A stretch of 64,000 nt of DNA from Vermamoeba vermiformis (Eukaryota), in the NCBI GenBank assembly GCA_045837725.1, contig JBEWZL010000127.1:186001-250000 (forward strand), in the 5' to 3' direction. Each line of letters starts with the position of its first letter. The stretch's first letter is position 1. Of this stretch, positions 1-11,853 are shown piece after piece. A program made the position numbers and the translations under genes. The notes under the pieces were generated by a model, which was given only the letters and a program-made list of their open reading frames with translations, was not told the DNA's origin and did not search any database.

Positions 1-1057
1 AGCACATCCAAGCAGTCCAGTGAAGGATTGACACGCGGAACAAACTCGCTTGGTATCGCTTCACACGACACACTCACAGGTGATGTTGGTTTGTATCCAT
101 CAGCACACTTGCATTTGTCACTGCAGAATGATCCACCGTCACATTGTTCTGTGCCTGTCACGATGCCATCGCCACATACTGCACAAAATTTAGTCCGACG
201 AAACACAAACAAAGGATTAATTCACGAGCCTTACCATCGATGCATTTTCCGTTGACAGACTTTCGTTCCCAATTTGCACCTGCATTCTGCGGTACAGCCA
301 TAAGTTCGTTCACATTGCTCGCTCCCAGTGATTATGCCATTGCCGCACACTAACAAGAGATTAGAACGGTAAGCTTGGGAAATTTCAAATTCTCGAATGC
401 GCGTACCATCCACGCAAAGGCCATTCTGACTCAGGGTTCCTGGAGCACACGTGCAATTGTTCAAACAAGACGTCGTGCTGTCACATTGTTCCGCTCCAGA
501 GACAAGTTGATCGCCACAAACTGCGAAAAAATTAGTAAAAAAATCACGGGAGAATTTTTTTTGAGATCTGTTGCACACTTACTTGCAGGACAAGGATCAC
601 AGTTAGTATCGCCCTTTGCAGCGTACCAATCACCAACTCTTGACGCACAGTAGTCGTAGCAGAGCTCGCAGCATTCAAAGCATTTCTTGGTATCGGATGG
701 ACCGAATGGAGGATCAACGGAGTTACAATCAGTGTCGCTATTGCACGCTTGCAGTACCCAGCACGGTGATGTGTAGTTGATTCGTTCAAAGCCTCCTCCT
801 CCTCGGCAAAAGCTGGCCAGATCTTTGTTTCGTTTCGGACAAACTAACTGCCAGGTATTGAATACTTGATCCACGCATGCGGTATTTGATACATCTACTG
901 GAGCATATGCACAGACTTTAGCGGGAATTGTGCTCGCGTAATTGCTACAGAGCGAGCCAGAAATTCCGGATGTAGGTTGGCAAGTCTTTTGCGCGCTAGC
1001 TACTGTCACTAAAACAACTAAATACAATATAAATGAGCACATTGTTGCATTCGGCAT
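1..1057 (-). CDS. Secreted/surface cysteine-rich repeat protein (CGDG/CGNG...EQC repeats), 3' end beyond the window edge
   Basis: Signal peptide (MCSFILYLVVLVTVASA) and a Cys-rich N-terminal domain. Spliced repeats follow: VCGDQLVSGAEQCD, VCGNGIITGSEQCE, VCGDGIVTGTEQCD, each on its own exon with GT-AG introns (~522-580, ~350-406, ~179-234). One apparent +1 frameshift at ~261-263. Confidence 0.75.
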
Positions 1058-1811
1058 CAAAAAAATGAGTTAACTAGCTTACCAAAAAATTAAAACTGAT
1101 TTCGTTTCGTCCACTCGTCACTTGTTCTCTCGGTCAAATTGTGACAGTTCTCGTCCAGTGTTCGAATGCTTTTAAATTTCGATGCTATCGTTCAATTAAA
1201 CAGCTCAGTACCAATTGAAACAAGCCTGTTGCGTTCTTAAGACCTTCGGTTGCGATCCGATTGTCGAGAAACTAGGCAACAATAATATGTTAGCGACAAG
1301 ATAAAGCTATATTGAGCCTCGTAATTATATAGGTAAATGAATATATGATGTCGTTAGCGCGTTAAATACTAGACATTGTTATCACACTCAATGTGACGCG
1401 AGGTTTTTGAATCACAATTAAAACGGTTCTTTTTGCGTACCTTTTTCTCTTTATCTGTTGAACATATTGAAGACAAAGGCTAGTATGGCGCTTTAAACGA
1501 TTGTACACTTAGCTAGTTTCGCAAAGTACGAGATGTCGGAGAGGGTAAGTAGATCTTCGCTCAAAAGCCTGGTAATAGTCAGCTGCACAATTCACTCTAA
1601 ATAATTAACAAGTAATTAATATAATTTTTTAGTAATTTTACTACACGAATTAGCTCACCAAATCTAAAGATCCAAATTTTTTGGATTTAGGAGGGAAAGC
1701 CAACTTGATTGCTCGAGCTTCTATTTATTTTTTAAATATACTTCATTCTTCAATGCTTGCTAAAAATTGTCGCGTCGCCGAATTTGTGGTTGGTTACGTA
1801 AAATACAATTT

Positions 1812-2717
1812 TTAATGCTTCTCTTTGTCTTTTTGATTCTTGCTCCGACTATCGACGAGCATATAGGCACCAGCCAATGCAGCAATGACGAGAGCCACTT
1901 TTCCTAAGTGCTTAAACGAATTATCTTCTTGAAGTAATTGCTGCCTTGGTTGCGCGTTGTAGCCATCTAATATTGCCTTAATTGTAGTAGCTACTTTCTT
2001 GGCCGTTGGTCGTTTATTTGGTTGCACGTGTTTCATACTAGCTATGAGACTTTCAAATCCAGGATGTTGAAGACTGGCGACAATTGTTTCGAAGGTTAGT
2101 CCCAAGGCATATATATCCACGCTGGTGCTTGTATCTAGTGCTGCTAATTTTTGTTCTGGAGCCATATAGCGCCATGTACCGATTAACTGACCTTGTTCAG
2201 TCACAGATTCGTGATCTTCGGCCTTGCCAATATCCCAATCAATTAGAATGGGATCATCATTGTCGTCAAGTAATATATTCTCTGGTTTAATGTCGCGATG
2301 CGCTATGCCTTTGTCGTGCGCGACGATCAGAGCCAAGGCAATTTTATAAATTATTTTCGCTGCTTCTTTTTCTTCAAATCGTCTATTGCAAAGACTGCCT
2401 TTCTCATAATATCGAGTAGCGTACCAATCGTCCTATTATTTCAAATTAATTTAAAAATTTAACGAATTCTTTCAAATATTTACCCCATAAGCCTCGATCT
2501 GAATTACATATTTTACATTCTTGAGCCTTGCTGCAATATTTAATGATCTTTTGAGACGTGCTCTGTTAAGAGAAAACATATAAAACGTTTTCAGAGCCAA
2601 ATAAGCTCCGCTTGGCTTTTGATAAACCCAGATCTCGCCTTGCCCGCCAGTCTTGTGTTCTTTTATGTACCTCCACTCGCCAGGTACCTCCTTGTAATAT
2701 GGTGCTTTGTCTTCCAT
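1812..2717 (-). CDS. Ser/Thr protein kinase (Hanks type) with C-terminal hydrophobic segment
   Basis: GGQG loop, ALK, HRDIKPENILL, GTWRYMAPEQ and DIYALG motifs. One intron at ~2434-2482 joins the two ORF-track pieces. Confidence 0.85.
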
Positions 2718-3040
2718 TCCAAAAAAAATGAAAACGGCAAAGGTGTCATAATGGCCTTCAATTCAATTTTGCGAAAATGGCAGGAACCAACTGTAGCACA
2801 TAACTATGGTTATGATTAATTGCCGCCAAGGTGGTTATAGATTGAAGGTTTTACCGGGCGCTCCATTTGTTTCGTAGCCAACAAGTACTCAAAATTGTGA
2901 TTACCATGTACTCATACTTTTGACGAGAAGTAATGCGTAGTGAAACTCTGGGCAGTAGCGTTTATGATATATTTCTTTATTTAGCAAAAGATATTGTTAC
3001 AAGTTGGCAACGGCCTGAAAGCATAGTACAGTCGCGACCA

Positions 3041-3940
3041 TTAAAAATTGTTATTTTGTTCGGTTAGCAATACGAAAGCCAACACAAAAACACCTGCACC
3101 TATAGCGAGGAAAACAAGAACTTCCATCCAATTCAACACCACGGACCAACTGCTGCAACAACAACATTGTTCTTTCGCTTTACGTGGCTTAGTGTCAACT
3201 CGTTTAGGATAGTAAGGCACTTCAGGGCGTAGTAACAAGAATAAAAATGCAGATAAGACGTGAATGAGTGCATCGCCTGTCACGTGCTGATAAGTGCCTT
3301 CGCGCATTGCATCGTAGTACATTGAAGCGCCGTGTAAGAGTCCTAAATAAGAAATTTAGTATCATGGTGCTTATAAGAATCATCTATTACCTTGAATCCA
3401 GAGAAAATCTATAACTATGATGTTTCGGATCGGATCTCGAGCTGCGCGAAAAGCGGTGAATCCAATTACCAAGAATATGGCAGCGAACATGTGCTCGTAG
3501 GGCAGGTTATTAGGGTGCCATCGTCCAGGAAGAGGATACAAGTAGAAAGTGTAGGCTTGAATAGGCCAGATGACGCCCCAACCGCGTAAAATGCTCGGCA
3601 AGACGATGGAACGCCAATTGTTGATTTGAATAACGATAGAAAAGGCTAAGAATACTGCTGCGAAGGGGAATGAGCCGCTGTTGATCGGAGATAAGGCTCC
3701 CCAGATGATGAGACCGAGAGCGTAAAGGTTTGCCAGAATGCTGCGGATCGAGACTGCGAAAGTAATTCGTTTGCCTTTAATTGTGAATTCTGTGTAGTGA
3801 GAGTAGAACATAAACCGGCACATTGCATCTACAGCTGAATTGAAGCGAGACTGACTCTTCGGCTCCCAATCTTCATCGATCGACAGCTGATCTGAAGTCA
3901 AACCAAGTTCCGCGTCTGAAATCCAAACTTTATCCGACAT
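3041..3940 (-). CDS. Multi-pass membrane protein of unknown function
   Basis: Two ORFs joined by an intron at ~3343-3390; several hydrophobic helices and a CCCC stretch before the last helix. Confidence 0.65.
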
Positions 3941-4423
3941 TAGTAGTACTTGTTGTATCTGTACTTGAATAGATGCCCGAAATTTTAAGATTAAATATTT
4001 TTTTTTAACGAGTAAGAAGTCTCGCTACCTTGAAACTCTTTCCTAATCGGGTTATTCCATTCCGTTACCGCCTCCGCTTGAACTCCGTTAATATTCAATA
4101 ATTCTCATGGTTAATATTAAATAACGCAATTTGTGAGTCTAGCTAAGAAAACGTGCCTTGTTAGTAGTTACCATTTCGAATCCGCCCACAACTCTGAACG
4201 ACCAATTTTCTGAGTTCATCATTGTCTATCTCCTATGCTTTTGCATTAGTCTAGTATAAGGTTACTGATAGCATGTTGAAATGGCATTCATAAGGCTTCC
4301 GGGCATGAAGTGGATTTTTGCGACTTTTGATATAGTCTACAAATAAGGGTATAAGGGCAAAGTTTATTCGCTTTCGTTATCAATAAACTCCTCTCATTGG
4401 CATGCCAAAGCAAATTGTTTCAT

Positions 4424-5074
4424 TTAAGCGGATTCGACTTTGGTGGCTTCTTGCTCGGGCCATCCGAATTGTCTCCACATCGCTAATTTGTCCCATTCTT
4501 TGACGAAGGTCTTAATCTTGCCATTTTCAAATTCAAAAATAGCAGCTGCGCTCCAATGTGCCTTCTTACCGCTCGGCGCAATGCCTTAAGCTAGATTCAG
4601 CAAAGCAAAATTTTCAAAAAAGCAACGTAATAGATCTTACCTTTATAAGCCGCGCCTTTGTGGTGCCCTTCGGCAGAGTACCTTAAAAGCACGAAATTTT
4701 CTTTCGCGAATTCATAATCGTAGCGAATAATGTGCAGATCGTCCACGCACTTCATGATCTCTGACGATAAAAAGAATTAATCGACTTGCCATGACTATAA
4801 TACTTTCGCAAATGGATTATTATAAGCATACCTGCGTGAGAATCAGCATAATCAAGAGGATCATTGACTCCTGGGAACGTGGTTGGTGCGATAAATTTTG
4901 ATCCGGATTCAAGGACGAATTGCTTGACAGATTCGCGGCCTATTACTCAAAATTAATATTGGACATATTAAATGGGAAATAATCCGCACCTTTGTTATCT
5001 TTGGGACTGTAAGCAATGGTCATATAGTCCTTGGCAACCTTAAGATTTTTCTTTTCGGTCTCAGTGTATTGCAT
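4424..5074 (-). CDS. SnoaL-like / NTF2-fold ester-cyclase-type protein (absent from ORF track)
   Basis: Four exons splice to MQYTETEKKNLKVAKDYMTIAYSPKDNKGRESV...VLLRYSAEGHHKGAAYKGIAPSGKKAHWSAAAIFEFENGKIKTFVKEWDKLAMWRQFGW. The GH.G...GIAPSGK....F.FENGKI.....WD pattern is typical of SnoaL ester cyclases. Confidence 0.8.
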
Positions 5075-5549
5075 TTTTCGTATTTGGAGTGTAGTATTAC
5101 TATTAATTAATAGATAGTAAGTTTATAATAGGCTTTTATAGTTTCGTGTTTCGCAAAATATTTAAAGTTCCAAAGCAAATCCAACTTATTTTTCGCGTGA
5201 AATGAGACTCGTGGGAGGATATTGAATGACGATATTTAAAAATATAATGCGCATTAAACAAAATGGCTATAATTGATCAAGTGGCGTTTGTTTTAAAAAA
5301 TATTTGTACTAGCAACCAATAGCTAGCCTGTAATGACGCGCCAGCGCTTTGTTGTGGCAAACAACCTCAAGATTTCATCGGGTAATAGTGAGGAAATAAT
5401 TATAGATTCAATTTATCAGTCGAGATACAAGTGGAAGGAAAGCACACAATATTCCGCAGAAATTTTGGGCAATTTGAGTATACTTATAAAAAGGCTCTTC
5501 CCTTCGATTTCATAACAATCATCAACTTAATACAAATCACCACAATATA

Positions 5550-6686
5550 ATGCAAACGATTCAGCAATACACCCGAGATCTCTACGGATGGGCTAGCGAA
5601 TGGGCCACAAGATTGAAGACTCGAGAGGTTGGCGATGTCTGCATCAACAGATGGGACGGCAAGATGCGCCGCGAGATCGTTCCGTTGAAGAAGCGCTTAT
5701 CACATCTGATTTTGTACTCCCGACCCATGGATGTCATCGACAGATGGGGCATCGTACGATATCTTTTAGACGCAGAGAACATCCACGAAGGTCACGATAT
5801 GAAGAAACCAAGCTCGGCCGCTAGAATCCCGGACTTCATCAAGTTCTATAAGATCAACATGGACGAATTTGAAAAGCCTGATCCGAGTTCGTACGAAACT
5901 TTCAATGACTTTTTCACCCGTCGATTGAAACCAGGCATGAGGTACGATAACATGATTTGCATAATTTGAATTGATAACTAATTACCTTGGTTAGACCAAT
6001 CGCATTTCCGGATGATCCATCCATCATAGTTTCGCCAGCTGACAGTCGTGTAGTAGTCTTCGAGCACGTGCAACAAGCACACGAGTTGTGGCTGAAGGGC
6101 AAGTACTTCACGTTGGAAAAGCTTATTCAAGATAAAGGCATCGCTCAAATCTTTGCCAATGGTGCCATTGCGAGTGTTCGACTTGCTCCTCAAGGTAAAT
6201 TTCCTCGGATAAATGCCTATCGCAATCATTGCCGGTTATTAATTTCATGAAATTTCCGACGTAGATTATCACCACTACCACTCACCAGTTGAGGGCTATG
6301 TCCGTGCTTGGAAAAAGATCGACGGCACGTACTACGGAGTTGATGGACCTGCCATTAAGAGTGACTTGGACGTATTAGGAAGCAACTCTCGCTGTTGGAT
6401 ATTGCTCGAGACTAAGGAGTTTGGCCTCGTCTTGTTTGTCGCCATTGGTGCCACCAATGTCGGATCCGTCCAACTTCGTGAAGAGGCACGCGAAACAGGC
6501 TACAAGCTCGAGAAAGGTGAAGAGATTGGCCTGTTTGCGTATGGAGGCAGCAGTGTCATCGTAGCCTTTGAGAATAATAGAGTGCAATGGGACGAAGATC
6601 TGCTTGCCAACACTGCACGTGGCATTGAGACCAGTGTTCTGCTCGGCTACTCACTGGGCAAGGCAATGAAACACCCAGCGGCTTAA
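5550..6686 (+). CDS. PSD: Phosphatidylserine decarboxylase (PSD2/type II-like)
   Basis: [33 protein letters not shown] and GATNVGS motifs, plus the GGS pyruvoyl self-cleavage motif (FAYGGSSV). Introns at ~5942-5994 and ~6195-6264. Confidence 0.92.
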
Positions 6687-7214
6687 ATGTAGGCACTGAA
6701 ATAAACTCTCTTATTTATCCGTTGCTTACGATGAGCTAATGAATGTTTTCCAGCTGCGGCACTGAACTGAACAAATAATTCAATAAAAAATACCCAAATG
6801 TAATGCTCGTAAGATAAACTAAAAGCATCATCGCTTTGCATGTTTAAAATTATTTTAGAAAAAATACAATTATAATTTAAAAGTTTTTTTCGGATAGTAC
6901 TTACTGTAACGGCGGCCAAATGTTGTAGTAGTAATCCTGGGATGCGCTTATTTCATTTATTGCATGCTAATATTCCAAAATCCTCGTTAGGCTTCTCGTC
7001 TCTTTTTTTGATCGGTTAAATAAGTCCCGTGCATTGAGGACATTTATTCGTCGTCGAGTTATGTAATTATTAAGCTAAAATAACACGACGAAGATTTAAG
7101 TTGTAATCTTCTATTTGGTGGAGCAAAAATGAACTGCGAAGCTTTTCGAAAATTAGACGAACACCTCGTGCTCTATTCGGTTGATTTATTATTATTTGCC
7201 CTTTATAAGGCTAT

Positions 7215-9779
7215 TTACAACAATAAAATAGTCACAGTTAATCCCATCAAAGAGGCAACAACAGTCATCATATGACCAGCGGAAACAGCTCCAGGTGAGT
7301 TACTTTTAGGACTCGACGAGGGAGTCGGTGCATCGCTAACAATTAATGAGTCAATAGATTCTACTAAAAGGTCTGAGCTACATACCAATAGGCGCTATTA
7401 GAAGTGCCAAATGTTCTGTTGACGCCGCCAGGAGGATCCACAACAGACGGGTTAGCGATGGGAAGAATTTGGCTGCCACAGAAACTAAAATGAAAATTAG
7501 TATTGCTCGTGCATTTACTACTTCACTTACGTTACTGGAGAGTTATCAATGTTTGCATAGCCGCAGAAAGGAGACTAGCAAAAATGGGATCAGCTAATTC
7601 GTCAAAGTTTAAATAATGTTGCCTTACGTTAGGAATAGCAGGATAGTAGGTCAAAAATTCCATGCACATTTCATCCGTTGAAGCGACGGCAATGTTAGTT
7701 GGACCAGATCTGGAAGTACTGTCCCAAACACAATTCGTGTTGACGCGATCACCAGGCTTGAGGGTGATATTGACAGCAACAGCATGCTGATTAGAGAACG
7801 CATAATACTCAATGCGATTCAACAAGATAGACTCGTTGCCACGGTGAATCCAGCTGAATCCGCTCTTGCCAATTTGATGCCTGGAGGAGGTAAGTGATGT
7901 TATTGTAATAGAAGAGATATCGTATATACTTACATGTGGAAATAGTCGGAGAACACGTGGATCTCGTGCGGAAGAAGTTCCGTGCATTCGCTAGGGCACG
8001 TGACTTCAACGTGATAAGCTGATTGGCCAGCTGGAATGTCGGGAAGCATGGTACCTCCATCACCCAAAGTCTGTAACGAAGGTTAAGGCTCGAATTGTTC
8101 TTAGAATATGATCGTTAACTTACCAAAGTGCTAGCATCATATGTACGTAAATCAGTAGTCACAACCATTTCAACACCACTAGCGTCAATAACTCCAGAGT
8201 CCTGATCCAGATCCAATGGTCAGAAATAAGTTGCTAATATTGGCTTCCTATCGCAACAGACGCCTAGCATTAACTTACGAGATCGGGGTTGTTATAGTGC
8301 ATATCAAGAACAAAGTAGTACGTTGAGTTGGATGTGGATCGGATTCTGAATCCAGCCTCTTGTGGCAAGTTCATCGGACGACCACCACGAGCCCAAGCAT
8401 AGAGCAATGTGCAACCTGGATAGCCTAATGGCGAGGGATTGCCGTTGATGCAATCTTCAGGCTGAGGATAAATCGAGGGAATGGCGGTAACTCCTTGAAC
8501 AGTGCCGAAGTCTTCGCAGAAATGCAAGAGCATGTGATGAACATACTCTGTATAATAATATTACGTTAATATTATGAATTAAGTTAAATAGTCTCATAGT
8601 CTAACAGTGGAACGATCCGTAAAACGGCAATTAACTTTAAATTGTTGAATATTGATTACTTACTTGTCGAGCGAGAATCAGGGACGAAGTTGAGTCTAAC
8701 AATATGTGCGTCTGCGTCCTATACGCAATTATTAGCGATCTTGAGATTGCGCATCCGAAATTGAAATACATTTCTACGTACATTAGGGGTTGAAAATGGC
8801 ACTGCATAGCACATATACATAGTCTCTTGAGCAGGGATGGTGATGTTAGGCATATGCACGGACAAACTGAACGAGTTGGGCACATCCGCATTGGTGTCAT
8901 TGTGGCAGTCCCAGAAGCAAACGACAGTTGCTAATCTGTTTGAACCATGATAAGAAATGCTCTTAACATCGCTATCTCCCCAAGCCACGATAACTGCATT
9001 ATCACCGGGCTTGATAGTTCGATCTGTTAACAAATCCAGGTTAAGTCTTGTGAATCAAAATATTAATCTCGACGCAATTACCCTGATTATCTCTTCCAGA
9101 CAGAGGTCTTGTAATCTCTACGTAAGTCTTGCCGTCCTTTTCTTCACCACTAACGAGCGTCCAATCTAAAAAATGTCGTTTAGAATTCCGTGACATGATC
9201 TGAAACAAATCAAATGATATCATTGTTATAAGTATGTATTTGTTAGTATATTACCATTGGTTTGGCAATCATCTTGTTTAGGCTCGGCGTAAGCATAAGT
9301 GTAACGATCTTGAAGGTAGATGCCGTTGTTGGAGTCCTTTTGCACAACTACGACGTCCGAGCCCGGCATACTATTATATTAATTTTAATAAGTGAAACAC
9401 TCAAAATAACGATTCGTCATTCGTTATAACGGAGAATTTACCTGCCCGAGCTCAATTCACCTGTAATTGCAATTTGATGAGTACATATGCCGTCAAGATT
9501 ATTATTTTATATTTATATACCTATTCCAAAGCCAAACCAACCCAAGGTGGACACTTTCGTAAACGAGTTAGCCACATCCAAAATTTTCGTTATTTTGAAA
9601 CTTTACATACCTTCAAATCCTAAAGCAATTTCTTGAGTGTCTTGCATCACCTTCCAATAAACCTTATACGAGGCTGTTACTTGCTTCGAGTCGGTGTACT
9701 TGGATGTATCAAATCCACAGACTAATGGAAGCGCTATAACGCACAGCGCGACAATAGTAGCTATAATTTTGTTTGTCAT
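7215..9779 (-). CDS. DOMON + copper type II ascorbate-dependent monooxygenase (DBH/MOXD1-like), probably GPI-anchored
   Basis: Signal peptide; DOMON motifs (LGWFGFGI, MPGSDVVV, AWG..YHG); copper ligands HHMLL, HMH and EMCM; S/P-rich stalk and hydrophobic C-terminus. About 11 exons, including a ~19-nt micro-exon at ~9443. Confidence 0.88.
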
Positions 9780-11159
9780 GCCTAAATTAACACAACAGAA
9801 TGTCTTATTTCCACACAATAAATAAATAAAATGACTTTCTAATTGATCCGTTTTATTTTGTCCGCCGAGCACGTGATCAATCACATATCTGGTCCTAAAA
9901 AGGAAAATTGTTTCCGCAAGCCCGCAAATTGGGGCAGCACGTGGTTAAGGTTGAAGCGGATTGGTCCAATTATCCACGAAAACGAAAATATTTCGTTAAT
10001 TTTGATAGTTTGCTCAATAATAGCTCACCTTCGTATAATGATAGGATTACGACCATGTGCCTCTAATTCGAATAATTGGACAATCCCCCTCTATTTCGTA
10101 TCCTCCTATTTTCTTTTTTCCTCTCTCTTTTTGTGATTCTGGATTTTTGGACCCAACTTGAGTCCATGTCCCATATTAAGTCCTATTATTGGCACATGAT
10201 TCCATCATAAGCCAGTCCTATTAGCTCATTTACTAAACGAGGACGAATTTACCGCTCTTGACGTCGCAAATATTAGTTCGGGTCATCCATCGCAGACAAC
10301 TTTCTTGATTTGCTGTCCAATCCTATCCGTCGATTGAACGCAACTAAAAAGGTCAATAGTAGCGTATTTGAATCCTCGTATTAATGGACATGTTCGTTTT
10401 GAAGGCTCCCATATCCGAGACATATTACAGGGGCTCGTCGGATCTCAATTGCGTTACCAACAATATCGCTCTTATATGGACACTAGACTTGCCATATGTA
10501 TATTTATATATTTCAGTTCTTATTGTGCTCTAATCCTGTACACAATCTGCTGAAAGACATACACGGATGTCGCAACTCGCTCGCCGGTACGTTTCAAGCA
10601 GAGTTAGTTACGAATAGATAATGCTCAAAAAGATGTGAAATTGCAATCATTAGTGTATATTTTGCATCATTATTAATGCTTCGCGATTGATGAAGGGTGC
10701 GGAACGGAAGCTAAAATTTGCGCAAAACGAAAATAAGATTTTGTGCCGCTAATTTTCTATTTTAATATCGGCACTATTGGTAACTGTTGTCAATATAAAC
10801 AGCAAAAAGTACACAATCCTCATTAGCTGTCGATCAATAGAAATTAATAATGCTACTTGCCGTGTTTTCTAGATCCCAGCCCAATTCGTGCCCTAATAAT
10901 TTTCTGGACCGTCTGTTGTAATATATTCTTTATATTAGTATTTATTTCAATTATACTCAATTTTGTTGAGCTGCAAAAAAAAACTTACGCGGATTGTCAC
11001 GCTGAATTTTGAGGACGGTATTAATTGCTTTCATTCGTAGTAACGCGTGTTATGTGCTGCTAAATGTGTTTTTGTGATAATAAAGCACGAAACAAGTCAC
11101 TTGACAGGCAAGTGGTTTGTGTTGGTTTTCGGTCCATTTTCGCTGCGAAATAGGTTGGG

Positions 11160-11225
11160 TTTTTTTTTTTTTTTTTTTTTTTTTTTCGGGTTTTTTTTTT
11201 TTTTTTTGGTCCCGCCCCCCCCCCC
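11160..11225. repeat. Poly(T) / poly(C) homopolymer tract
   Basis: Two long T runs followed by a C run, seen directly. Confidence 0.9.
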
Positions 11226-11853
11226 TATCAGCATTATTATTTATTTATTTCTTGCTGATCAACCAAGCAATCAAAATGGGTGGCGAACCCAATCAAGATG
11301 CAGTAAGTGGATAAATCTGCTGAAAACTTTCGTAATTACGATACAGCTGTTATAATATCAACAAAAACAAATTTAGCACAAATTATGGTGCACGTACGAA
11401 TAACTGATTGATACAAAGAAGATACGTAATTAATTTAAAAAATTACTTTTCCTTGTTTAATACTACTACAAACAATAACAAAACAAGGCAAAGAACGAAA
11501 TAAATCAACATTAATTAATTTAATTTTATATCAATATTAGGACCACGCTAAAATCACGGGCTCGAAAGATGGATCGGATCAATCTCAATGCAAAACCGTT
11601 CCTTACAAAGGAAGCGAGCAATATTATAGATAGCAATAGGTACGAGGATGCATAATATATTAAAAAGAATACAAAACCTGCCAGACTTGCAAGGGACAGT
11701 GAAATGATTTGTAACTAATTCACACGTCACGTGCTATTCTATTCATTAAGAATACTGTCTCGTTTCTATTAAATTTCGCATAATATCAGGCTTAAATACT
11801 AATCGAATTATTATTTGCAGCAACACAAAGCAGATCAGCATCACGAGTAAGAA

